A stretch of 24,376 nt of DNA from an uncultured Steroidobacteraceae bacterium (GCA_955652795.1 CATPBQ010000102.1:1-24376), one strand, 5' to 3'; positions 16,582 through 24,376 are shown, numbered from the stretch's first letter. Numbers and translations are program-made. The notes: generated from the sequence alone by a model not told the origin.

Positions 16582-17526
16582 TCAGGTGTCGTCGCGGTAG
16601 CGACGGATGCGGATCGCGGCGAACACCAGCGCCGCGGTGATCGCCAGCCCCAGCCACAGGTCGATGTCGCTGAACGCGGCGCCGAAGCGCAGTTGACCGA
16701 ACACCGAGGCGAGCGCGCCCGCACGCCCGCGGCCCAGATGCGGGGCCGGGAAGAGTGTGTGCCAGATCCCGTAGGTGCGGTAAGCGAGTAAATTCCACAG
16801 ATAGGTCGTCCCGAAGGCCATGCGCTCGAGCAGCGGCGCCAGCACCACCGGAACGGTGGCCCACAAGAACGGACTGCGCCGCGCCCAGGCCGAGACCACG
16901 AGCAGGTAGGCGGCGAACGGCGCATACCACAGCACACCGACAATGACGCACGCCAGCAGCGCCATCTCACCCTTGAGCCAGGCAAGCGTGTCCCAGCCCG
17001 GGATCGGGGGCAGGCGTCCGAAGGCGGCGTTCAACTCCCAGATGCCGACAAAGCTCAGGGACACCAGCAGCCCGAGCGCAAAGACGCCAAGCGGCACCAC
17101 CAGCAGCGCGACCAGGAGCTTCGACAGGACGGTCAGGTTGTCAGACACCGGTAAGGACTTCCAGAAGAGGATGCTGCGGTCCTTGCGCTCCGCGTACAGG
17201 CAGTCCAGCAGGTAGAAACTCAGCACAATCAGCGTCACGAGGGACAGTGGCATCGACACGGCGCTTTGCATGACGCTGAACATCGTCATGCCCTCGGAGC
17301 CGTCGTGGTGCATATCCGCGTGCGTCAGGCGGTACTTCACGCTCGCCACGAAAGCGCTGACCACCATCAGCGCCGCGACTACCAGCGGTGCGATCCACAG
17401 CGCGCGGTGCTCCCAGAACTCGCGCCGCACCAGCATGGCAAGCGTGCTGCCAGCTCCGATGCGGGCGGCCGGCGTGGACTCGCGCGGGGCTTCCCCGGTG
17501 GCAGCCTCTGCAAAGTGACTGTTCAT
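16582..17526 (-). CDS. ABC-2-type exporter permease
   Basis: About six hydrophobic segments, RREFWEH near the N-terminus, ERKDRSILFWKSLPVSD loop. ATGA overlap with the ATPase stop. Confidence 0.82.
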   Translation of the reverse strand: MNSHFAEAATGEAPRESTPAARIGAGSTLAMLVRREFWEHRALWIAPLVVAALMVVSAFVASVKYRLTHADMHHDGSEGMTMFSVMQSAVSMPLSLVTLIVLSFYLLDCLYAERKDRSILFWKSLPVSDNLTVLSKLLVALLVVPLGVFALGLLVSLSFVGIWELNAAFGRLPPIPGWDTLAWLKGEMALLACVIVGVLWYAPFAAYLLVVSAWARRSPFLWATVPVVLAPLLERMAFGTTYLWNLLAYRTYGIWHTLFPAPHLGRGRAGALASVFGQLRFGAAFSDIDLWLGLAITAALVFAAIRIRRYRDDT

Positions 17527-18383
17527 GTGCTTGGCGTCCCCTGCATCTTGGCGACGAACAGGTCGGCGATCGAGGGCGTGCGTAACTCGCCTAACGCGCC
17601 CAGCTCTGCGGCCGAACGACCCTCGAAGAGCATCGCCACACGCCCGAACACCTCGCGCTCGTAGAACGGTTTCAGCGCGCGTGCCTGCGGCGCCTGTTCC
17701 GCGGCCAGCGTCAGCTGCTGGTAGCGGCTGCCGAGGTCCTCGACGGAGGAACTCAGCGCCACGCGGCCGTGGTTGATGAAGATCACGTCGGTGAACAGGT
17801 TCTCGACTTCCTCCACCTGGTGAGTCGTGAGCAGGATGGTGCGCTCCTTGTTGAAATAGTCATTCAGCAGCGTGTCGTAAAACTTGCGCCGGTACAGCAG
17901 ATCAAGACCGAGGGTGGGCTCATCGAGCACCAGCAATCGCGCATCGATCGCGAGGATCAGCGCCAGGTGCAGCTGCGTCACCATGCCCTTGGAGAGCTCG
18001 CGCACGCGGCTGCTGGGGCGGATGTCGGTCTTGCTCAGAAATTCCGCGGCGCGTGCGCGATCGAAGCGCGGGTGCACGCCGCTCACCACCTCCAGCGCCT
18101 GGCTCACGCGCAGCCAGCGCGGCAGCACGGCCACGTCGGCCATGAAGCACACCTCGCGCATCAGCGCGTCGCGCTGCGTGCGCGGATCGAGTCCGAGCAC
18201 GGTGAGCTCGCCGCTGAAGGGGGTGAGTCCCAGCACCGCCTTGAGCGCGGTGGTCTTGCCGGCACCATTCGGACCGATGAGGCCGACGATGCGTCCGGGC
18301 TCGACGCTGAAGTTCACGCCATCCAGCGCACGGGTCGCGCCGTAGGCCTTGGCGAGTCCGCGCGCTTCAATTACTGCTGTCAT
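17523..18383 (-). CDS. ABC transporter ATP-binding protein (YtrB-like)
   Basis: Walker A GPNGAGKTT, signature LSKGM, Walker B LVLDEPT, H-loop TTHQ. Likely start ATG 18383 (MTAVIEARGL), inside the gntR 3' end. Confidence 0.9.
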   Translation of the reverse strand: MTAVIEARGLAKAYGATRALDGVNFSVEPGRIVGLIGPNGAGKTTALKAVLGLTPFSGELTVLGLDPRTQRDALMREVCFMADVAVLPRWLRVSQALEVVSGVHPRFDRARAAEFLSKTDIRPSSRVRELSKGMVTQLHLALILAIDARLLVLDEPTLGLDLLYRRKFYDTLLNDYFNKERTILLTTHQVEEVENLFTDVIFINHGRVALSSSVEDLGSRYQQLTLAAEQAPQARALKPFYEREVFGRVAMLFEGRSAAELGALGELRTPSIADLFVAKMQGTPST

Positions 18384-18795
18384 CTTCTTCACCTGGTGCG
18401 GCCGCACCGGCCGGATGCCCCGGCCACTTGGCCGCAGGCGCTGCGGCGCCCACGCGCTGCAATTCTTCCTGGGACAGGCCCAGGCGCTGAATGGTGGCGT
18501 ACACTTTCGGCCATTCCTCCTCGAGGAAACGCTGGCGCTCGTCCTTCATCAGCGCCTTGCGGGCGCCTGAGCTGACGAACATGCCCAGGCCGCGCCGCTT
18601 CTCCACCAGCTGCTCGTCGACGAGCTGCTGGTAGCCCTTGAGCACGGTGAGCGGATTCAGGCGGAAGTCCGCAGCGACACTGCGGACCGAGGGCAGCGGG
18701 TCTCCTTCCTTGAGCACTCCTTCGAGGATCATCGCTACCACCCGGTCTCGCAGTTGCCGGTAGATCGGCAGGCTGTCGTCCCACTGCGAATCCAT
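18367..18795 (-). CDS. GntR-family regulator, YtrA subfamily (short C-terminal domain)
   Basis: PIYRQL...LKEGDPLPSVRSVAADFRLNPLTVLKGYQQL...KRRGLGMFV winged HTH, short C-terminus, directly upstream of ABC genes. Likely start ATG 18795. Confidence 0.9.
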   Translation of the reverse strand: MDSQWDDSLPIYRQLRDRVVAMILEGVLKEGDPLPSVRSVAADFRLNPLTVLKGYQQLVDEQLVEKRRGLGMFVSSGARKALMKDERQRFLEEEWPKVYATIQRLGLSQEELQRVGAAAPAAKWPGHPAGAAAPGEEDDSSN

Positions 18796-18833
18796 GGTCG
18801 TTTGCACGGCGCCTGTGGCGGGGTATTAGCCGA

Positions 18834-19034
18834 CTAATCTACCAAAACGGCCGGCTCAGGCTGGCCAAACCAGCCGTGATCCGACTGCAGCGCCAGCACG
18901 TGTCGGGGATCCGCCTGCGTGCCCGGTGCAACGGAGGTCGACTGCAGGAAGGCGACGCTCAGAAGCACTGTGATGAGGACCGCGGCCACGCCGCAGGTGA
19001 CGCTACGATAGAGGGCGGAAGCGAGGGTGTTCAT
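18834..19034 (-). CDS. Small hydrophobic peptide 2 (66 aa), paralog of 19079-19237
   Basis: AAGGAG RBS 6 nt upstream of ATG. MNTLASALYRSVTCGVAAVLITVLLSVAFLQSTSVAP plus a 29-aa tail; one hydrophobic helix. Confidence 0.8.
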   Translation of the reverse strand: MNTLASALYRSVTCGVAAVLITVLLSVAFLQSTSVAPGTQADPRHVLALQSDHGWFGQPEPAVLVD

Positions 19035-19078
19035 GGTCGACTCCTTGATTGTTCTGGTGTGGCTCGGTTCCCGTGAAC

Positions 19079-19237
19079 TCAGGCGCGCTGGGCCTGCTCG
19101 GCGGCGACGGTGCGGCTGGCATGGAAGGGGGCGGCGGATGTGGACTGCACGAAGCTCAGGCTGAGCACAAAGGTGATCAGGACTGCGGCGGCGGCACAGG
19201 TCACGTCACGGTAGAGGGTGGAAGCGAAGCGGTTCAT
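19079..19237 (-). CDS. Small hydrophobic peptide 1 (52 aa), not in the ORF track
   Basis: Translated by hand: MNRFASTLYRDVTCAAAAVLITFVLSLSFVQSTSAAPFHASRTVAAEQAQRA-TGA. AAGGAG RBS 6 nt upstream; 25/37 N-terminal residues identical to peptide 2. Confidence 0.8.
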   Translation of the reverse strand: MNRFASTLYRDVTCAAAAVLITFVLSLSFVQSTSAAPFHASRTVAAEQAQRA

Positions 19238-19314
19238 GGTCATCTCCTTGGGTGTCGGGTTGTGGACTCTTGGGCTGTCTCGTCTGCGGATGGCTGCCTG
19301 GGCTGCCTCCCTTG

Positions 19315-19361
19315 GTGATGTACATTAGTATAACACTACTCAAGTGTCAAGCTATTACACT
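19315..19361. promoter_or_regulatory. Putative YtrA-type operator region
   Basis: Imperfect 22-bp palindrome GTGATGTACATTAGTATAACAC (19315-19336) over the -10, and AGTGT-N9-ACACT (19343-19361) over the -35. Confidence 0.55.
19322..19350 (-). promoter_or_regulatory. Sigma70-type promoter for the peptide-gntR-ABC operon
   Basis: Perfect -35 TTGACA (19350-19345), 17-bp spacer, -10 TAATGT (19327-19322), inside a short AT-rich island. Confidence 0.7.
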
Positions 19362-19383
19362 AAATCAGTCTCAAGGGGTCATC

Positions 19384-19430
19384 CGCGGTGCCGGGCGGTC
19401 TCCACGCCTTTGGAGAGCGCCGGCGCCGCG
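19384..19430. repeat. 47-bp intergenic inverted repeat (hairpin) between divergent promoters
   Basis: 18 Watson-Crick pairs plus 1 G-U, with one mismatch, one bulge and a 6-nt loop (CGCCTT). Confidence 0.7.
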
Positions 19431-19525
19431 ACGGTTTGAGCCCCGTGGCGCGGCCAGTGACCTAAGTGCTGCGGTCAGACGCTAGAATTCCTGGCTCTTT
19501 TTTTGAAAAGCACGAAGCACCCGCC

Positions 19526-20506
19526 ATGAAATCTGCCGTGAACGTTGCGATCACCGGCGCCGCCGGACAGATCGGCTATGCCCTCGCCTTCCGGGTCGCC
19601 GCAGGGAGCCTCTTCGGGCCCGACACACCCGTGAACCTGCATCTGCTCGAGATCACCCCGGCGCTCGCGGCGCTGCAGGGCATGGTGATGGAGCTGCACG
19701 ACTGCGCGTTCCCAACACTCAACAAGGTGGTGCCGACCGACGATGCGCGGGTCGCGTTCCGCGACTGCCAGGCGGCGCTGCTGGTCGGCGCGCGCCCGCG
19801 CGGACCGGGCATGGAGCGCAAGGACCTGCTGCTCGCCAACGCGCAGATCTTTTCCGTGCAGGGCCGGGCGCTCAACGAGGTCGCCGACCGCAACGTGAAG
19901 GTGCTGGTGGTCGGCAATCCCGCCAACACCAACGCGCTCATCGCCAAAACCAACGCCCGCGATCTCAATGCGCGCAATTTCACGGCGATGACGCGCCTCG
20001 ATCACAATCGTGCGCTGTGGCAGCTGGCGGAAAAGACCGAGACGCATGTCAGCGACATTCGCCGCATGACCATCTGGGGAAATCATTCGGCAACCCAGTA
20101 CCCCGACCTCTCGCACGCCGAGGTGAGGGGTAAGCCGGCAAAGTCCCTCGTGACCCAACAGTGGATCGAGGAGACGTTCATTCCGGTGGTACAACAGCGC
20201 GGCGCGGCCGTCATCAAGGCGCGTGGCGCCTCTTCGGCCGCCTCGGCCGCCTCCGCCGCGATCGACCATGTGCACACCTGGCTCCATGGCACGAGCGCGG
20301 GCGACTGGGTCAGCATGGGCGTGCCGTCGGACGGCAGCTACGGCATCCCCGACGGCGTCATCTACTCGTATCCGGTCACCGTCAACCACGGCGAGTACCG
20401 GATCGTGCCGGGTCTCAGCGTGGATGACTTCAGCCGCAAGCGCATGGAGGCGACTCACGCCGAGCTGCGCGAGGAGCGCGAGGGGGTCAAGAGCCTTCTC
20501 GCCTGA
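19526..20506 (+). CDS. mdh: Malate dehydrogenase (type 2, GAAGQI class)
   Basis: [49 protein letters not shown]. Start ATG 19526; candidate -10 TAGAAT at 19483-19488. Confidence 0.96.
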   Translation: MKSAVNVAITGAAGQIGYALAFRVAAGSLFGPDTPVNLHLLEITPALAALQGMVMELHDCAFPTLNKVVPTDDARVAFRDCQAALLVGARPRGPGMERKDLLLANAQIFSVQGRALNEVADRNVKVLVVGNPANTNALIAKTNARDLNARNFTAMTRLDHNRALWQLAEKTETHVSDIRRMTIWGNHSATQYPDLSHAEVRGKPAKSLVTQQWIEETFIPVVQQRGAAVIKARGASSAASAASAAIDHVHTWLHGTSAGDWVSMGVPSDGSYGIPDGVIYSYPVTVNHGEYRIVPGLSVDDFSRKRMEATHAELREEREGVKSLLA

Positions 20507-20532
20507 AGTTTCGTGCGCCGCGCCCGGCAAGC

Positions 20533-20538
20533 TATAGT
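20533..20538 (+). promoter_or_regulatory. Candidate sigma70 -10 element for fadE
   Basis: TATAGT with a weak TTCGTG 17 bp upstream, and GGAGG RBS at 20559-20563. Confidence 0.35.
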
Positions 20539-20570
20539 CGGGTGAAGCCGCGCGACGCGGAGGAAGCTTG

Positions 20571-23108
20571 ATGTTGGGCGCTATCGTCTCCCTGATGCTC
20601 GTGGTGGCGGCCGCCTACGCGGTCACACAGGTGGGCGGCGTCATCACCCTGCTGTTCATCGCCGCGGTGCTGTTCCTCGCTTACCGGCGGCTGTCGCTGC
20701 TCGCCTTTACCGTGACGTTCACGGTGCTGCTCACCGCCTACACGCTGCTGGGCGCCCCCGCCGGGATCTGGAAGGGGTTCTTAGGTGTACTGCTCGCGGG
20801 GCTGTGGCTCCTCAACGTGCGGCCGCTGCGCAAGGCGCTGATCACACGCCCGTTCATGAAGACCTACCTCAAGCTCCTGCCCACCATGTCGCAGACCGAG
20901 AAGGAGGCACTGGAGGCGGGCACCGTGTGGTGGGACGGGGAGCTGTTCACCGGCGCGCCGCACTGGCCGAAGCTGCTGGCCGCAAAGCCTCCGCAGCTCT
21001 CCGCGGCCGAGCAGGCCTTCCTCGACGGCCCGTGCGAGGAGCTGTGCCACATGCTCGATGACTGGAACATCACGCACGAGCGCGGCGACCTGCCGCCGCA
21101 GGTGTGGGAGTTCCTCAAGACCCGGGGCTTCTTCGCGATGATCATTCCGAAGAAGTACGGCGGCCTGGAGTTCTCCGCGTACGCGCACTCGTGTGTGCTG
21201 GCCAAGATCTCCAGCCGCAGCACCACCACCTCCTCCACGGTCGCGGTGCCCAACTCGCTCGGACCCGCGGAGCTGCTGAACCACTACGGCACCGAGGAAC
21301 AGAAGAACTACTACCTGCCGCGGCTGGCACGCGGGGAGGAAGTGCCGTGCTTCGCGCTCACCGGACCGCGCGCCGGCTCGGACGCCGGTTCCATTCCCGA
21401 CACCGGGGTAGTGTGCCGCGGCATGTGGCAGGGGCGCGAGATCGTCGGACTGAAGCTCAACTTCTCCAAGCGCTACATCACCCTCGCCCCCGTGGCCACC
21501 GTCATCGGTCTGGCGTTCCGCATGTTCGATCCCGAACGGCTGCTGGGCGGCAAGACCGACATCGGCATCACCTGCGCGCTGATCCCGCGCGGCACCCCGG
21601 GGGTGAGCATCGGGCGCCGCCATTTCCCGCTCAACATTCCGTTCCAGAACGGACCCATCCTGGGCAAGGACGTGTTCGTGCCGCTGGATTTCATCATCGG
21701 CGGGCCGCGCCTGGCGGGCAGCGGCTGGCGCATGCTGGTCGAGCAGCTGTCGGTCGGGCGCTGCATCTCGCTGCCCTCCAACGCCACCGGCGGCGCGAAG
21801 GCGGGCGTGTGGGCGACGGGCGCCTATGCGCGTATCCGCAGCCAGTTCAACACGCCGGTGGGCAAGTTCGAAGGGGTCGAGGAGGTCATCGCGCGCATGG
21901 TGGGCCTGACCTACACCATGGACGCCGCGCGCTCGGTGACCGCCGGCGCGATCGATGGCGGCGAGAAGCCCTCGGTACCCTCCGCGATGCTCAAGTACCA
22001 CGTCACCGAGATGGGCCGCCAGGTGGCCAACGACGCCATGGACGTGCACGGCGGCAAGGGTATTTGCCTCGGGCCGAGGAACTATCTCGGCCGTGGCTAC
22101 CAGATCGTGCCGGTGGCGATCACGGTCGAGGGCGCCAACCTCCTCACGCGCAACCTCATCATCTTCGGCCAGGGCGCCGTGCGCTGCCATCCGTTCGTGC
22201 TGCGCGAGATGACCGCCGCCCGCAATCCCGATCGCGCCGCGGGCGTGGATGAGTTCGACCGCGCCCTGTTCGGACACATCGGCTTCAGCATTTCCAATGC
22301 CGTGCGCTCGCTCATCATGGCTCTGACCCACGCGCGCTTCACCCACGCGCCGGTGCAGGATTCCACGGCGCGCTACTACCAGCACATCGTGCGCTTCAGC
22401 GCCTCGTTCGCGTTCGCGGTGGATGTGGCGATGTTGACGCTCGGCGGTTACCTGAAGAAGAAGGAAAGCCTGTCGGCGCGGCTCGGGGACGTGCTGTCGT
22501 GCATGTATCTGGCCTCCATGGTGCTCAAGCATCACGAGAACCAGGGCCGTCAGGAACAGGACCTGCCGATCGTGGAGTGGGCGTGCCGCAACCTGCTGTA
22601 TCACGCACAGGAGCAGCTGCATGGTTTCCTGCGCAACTTCCCCAACCGGCCGCTGGCCGGCGCAATGCGCGTGCTCATCTTCCCGCGCGGTCGCGTGTAC
22701 TCGGCGCCCGCTGACCGCCTCGGGCGCAAGGTTGCAGGTCTGGTGACCAGTCCGACCGAGGCGCGCGAGCGCCTGTGCCGGTACATTTACCGCACGCTCG
22801 AGCCCACCAACCCGCTGGGACTGCTGCAGGAAGCGCTGCTGCTCGCGGTGCAGCTCGAGCCGCTCGAGAAGCGCATCCGCGTCGAGGGGGTCAAGACCGG
22901 CAAGGTCACCGCCCTGGATCTGCCGGGACGCATCCAGCAGGCGCTCGCCGCCGGCATCGTTTCGGAAACCGAGGCCGCGGCGTTGCGCGACTACGATCGC
23001 AAGGTGATGGATCTGATTCACGTCGATGACTTCGAGCCGCACGAGCTCGGCGCCCTGAGCGCACCGGCGTCGCAGTCGGCCGCGAGGTCCAGCGCGCACG
23101 TCGCATGA
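20571..23108 (+). CDS. fadE: FadE-type long acyl-CoA dehydrogenase with N-terminal TM segments
   Basis: MSQTEKEALEAGTVWW, VPNSLGPAELL, FALTGPRAGSDAGS, SVGRCISLP, ITVEGANLLTRNLIIFGQGAVRCHP. ATG 20571 is 7 nt after GGAGG (the track uses TTG 20568). Confidence 0.92.
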   Translation: MLGAIVSLMLVVAAAYAVTQVGGVITLLFIAAVLFLAYRRLSLLAFTVTFTVLLTAYTLLGAPAGIWKGFLGVLLAGLWLLNVRPLRKALITRPFMKTYLKLLPTMSQTEKEALEAGTVWWDGELFTGAPHWPKLLAAKPPQLSAAEQAFLDGPCEELCHMLDDWNITHERGDLPPQVWEFLKTRGFFAMIIPKKYGGLEFSAYAHSCVLAKISSRSTTTSSTVAVPNSLGPAELLNHYGTEEQKNYYLPRLARGEEVPCFALTGPRAGSDAGSIPDTGVVCRGMWQGREIVGLKLNFSKRYITLAPVATVIGLAFRMFDPERLLGGKTDIGITCALIPRGTPGVSIGRRHFPLNIPFQNGPILGKDVFVPLDFIIGGPRLAGSGWRMLVEQLSVGRCISLPSNATGGAKAGVWATGAYARIRSQFNTPVGKFEGVEEVIARMVGLTYTMDAARSVTAGAIDGGEKPSVPSAMLKYHVTEMGRQVANDAMDVHGGKGICLGPRNYLGRGYQIVPVAITVEGANLLTRNLIIFGQGAVRCHPFVLREMTAARNPDRAAGVDEFDRALFGHIGFSISNAVRSLIMALTHARFTHAPVQDSTARYYQHIVRFSASFAFAVDVAMLTLGGYLKKKESLSARLGDVLSCMYLASMVLKHHENQGRQEQDLPIVEWACRNLLYHAQEQLHGFLRNFPNRPLAGAMRVLIFPRGRVYSAPADRLGRKVAGLVTSPTEARERLCRYIYRTLEPTNPLGLLQEALLLAVQLEPLEKRIRVEGVKTGKVTALDLPGRIQQALAAGIVSETEAAALRDYDRKVMDLIHVDDFEPHELGALSAPASQSAARSSAHVA

Positions 23109-24085
23109 GCACGGCGCCGCCTGTCAGCATCGCGTCGGACGCGCTGCCGGTCGCAGCGGGAGTCACGGCTGCCGGGGTTGCGGCCGCGGTGGCCCCGCCC
23201 GCGGTGCGCTGCGCGAACTGCGGCGCGCCGGTCACGGGCCGCTACTGCAGCGCCTGCGGCCAGCGGCTCGAGCCACCGGTGCACACGCTGTGGCACTTCG
23301 CGCAGGTGGCGACCGAGGACCTAACGCACGCCGACTCGCGCCTGTGGCGTACGCTCGCGGCGCTGCTGTTCAAACCCGGCTATCTCACCGCGCAGTTTCT
23401 CGCCGGACGGCGCGCGAGCTATCTGCCCCCGGTGCGGCTGTACCTGGTGCTGTCGGTGGTGTTCTTCATCTGGGTGAGCGCCAGCCAGTCGAAACTGCAG
23501 GTCGTGCAGCTCGACAGCGAGCGCGCCGCCCCCGCCGCCAGGGTCAGCACCCCCTTTGATCCGGCACTGCCCGGGGAATCTGCGCAGCAGCGCACTGAGC
23601 GGCTGTGCCGCGATGCGGTCTACCAGGGACCGTGGCAGCAGCGGCTGGCGCCCCTCCTGTCCCGCGCCTGCCGCAAAGTGGTGGAGGACCACGGGCGCTC
23701 GATGCGCGAGGCGTTCCTGCACAACCTGCCGCGCGCGATGTTCGTGTTCCTGCCGCTGCTCGCGGGCGCCATGATGCTCATGTACTGGCGGCCGCGGCAC
23801 TACTACGTCGAGCACCTGCTGCTGTTCGTGCACAACCATGCGTTCGCGTTCGTGCTGCTGCTGCTGGCCGCCGCGGTGTCGGCGCTGCTGCCGTTCGCCG
23901 TGGGGTGGGTAAGCTTCGCGCTCTGGCTCTACACACCCTGGTACGTGTACCGCTCCATGCGCCTGGTGTACGGGCAGGGTCGCTGGCTCACCATCGCGAA
24001 GCTCCTGGTGCTGAGCCTCTTTTACCTGCTGAGCGGCGCGCTGATGCTCGGGCTCAACGTCGCGTACAGCGCCCTGACGCTGTGA
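23105..24085 (+). CDS. DUF3667-like membrane protein with N-terminal zinc ribbon
   Basis: CANCG...YCSACGQ, PGYLTAQFLAGRRASYLPPVRLYL, YYVEHLLLFVHNHAF, several C-terminal TM helices. ATGA overlap with fadE. Family assignment is from recalled motifs. Confidence 0.75.
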   Translation: MSTAPPVSIASDALPVAAGVTAAGVAAAVAPPAVRCANCGAPVTGRYCSACGQRLEPPVHTLWHFAQVATEDLTHADSRLWRTLAALLFKPGYLTAQFLAGRRASYLPPVRLYLVLSVVFFIWVSASQSKLQVVQLDSERAAPAARVSTPFDPALPGESAQQRTERLCRDAVYQGPWQQRLAPLLSRACRKVVEDHGRSMREAFLHNLPRAMFVFLPLLAGAMMLMYWRPRHYYVEHLLLFVHNHAFAFVLLLLAAAVSALLPFAVGWVSFALWLYTPWYVYRSMRLVYGQGRWLTIAKLLVLSLFYLLSGALMLGLNVAYSALTL

Positions 24086-24138
24086 AACTATTGTCGGTCG
24101 GAAGTTCTGTAAAGGAGATATCTGTGAAGGAGATGCTC

Positions 24139-24376
24139 ATGCGTACATTGATCATTGCTGCCCTGATGCTCGCCGCCCCGCTCGCCGGCGCCCAGACCCC
24201 CGCGGTCGCGCCGGAGCGCACCGCCTCGCCCCCGAGCGCCGAGGTCTACATCATCAGTCCCAAGGACGGCGCCACCGTGCATGCACCGGTGCTGGTGCAG
24301 TTCGGCCTGAAGGGCATGGGGGTTGCGCCGGCGGGAGTGAAGTTCGAAAACACCGGCCATCACCACCTGCTCATCG
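24139..24376 (+). CDS. DUF4399-like secreted protein (partial, 3' truncated)
   Basis: AAGGAG RBS; MRTLIIAALMLAAPLAGA signal peptide, then VYIISPKDGATV...VQFGLKGMGVAPAG...TGHHHLLI running off the window end. Not in the ORF track. Confidence 0.8.
   Translation, partial: MRTLIIAALMLAAPLAGAQTPAVAPERTASPPSAEVYIISPKDGATVHAPVLVQFGLKGMGVAPAGVKFENTGHHHLLI

Noticed and set aside
7341-19243. Recurrent GACC immediately before ATG at four starts (HD gene, gntR, both peptides)
   Set aside because: Two instances are explained by the peptide duplication, and C-rich pre-start bases are common in GC-rich genomes.
19049-19485. Plus-strand 89-aa and 77-aa ORFs over the peptide/promoter region
   Set aside because: No RBS; they lie antisense to the RBS-supported paralogous peptides and across the promoter.
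20507-20570. FadR or PsrA operator upstream of fadE
   Set aside because: No matching palindrome seen.
20781-23099. 772-aa minus-strand ORF opposite fadE, and similar long shadows (3256-4743, 8947-10272, 11787-13211, 15760-16791, 19475-20530)
   Set aside because: They overlap well-supported genes in other frames; high GC and codon bias suppress stops; translations lack family motifs.
1-24376. CRISPR arrays, IS/transposases, integrases, tRNA/rRNA, defence genes
   Set aside because: No spaced direct repeats, no mobile-element or defence motifs, and intergenic gaps show no RNA-gene signatures.

Overview
GC-rich bacterial chromosomal window that looks gammaproteobacterial (gor, prlC, rlmJ, long FadE). 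I found no mobile element, CRISPR array, tRNA or rRNA. Gene order: 3' end of topA(+), alpha/beta hydrolase(-), rlmJ-aroE(+), gor(-), prlC-SH3 protein(+), HD hydrolase, HAMP-PAS-GGDEF-EAL protein and PLD-family protein (all +), then on the minus strand dps followed by an MlaE/MlaF/MCE/PqiC-like lipid ABC system, and a five-gene YtrA-type GntR/ABC operon; finally mdh, fadE, a DUF3667-like protein and the start of a DUF4399-like protein (all +). The most interesting locus is 16582-19361. It has a sigma70 promoter overlaid with palindromic operator-like sites, then two tandem paralogous small hydrophobic peptides (52 aa, absent from the ORF track, and 66 aa). The peptides share a 37-aa N-terminus (25/37 identical) but have unrelated C-terminal tails, and are followed by GntR, an ABC ATPase and a permease. 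Other notable signals: an OxyR-like box upstream of dps that may also control the MCE system, a PLD whose second HKD motif has lost its Lys, a class-I-PDE-like HD protein beside the c-di-GMP enzyme, a (GC)10 tract next to the MCE gene RBS, and several intergenic palindromes. All product calls come from motif recognition only; no database searches were run.
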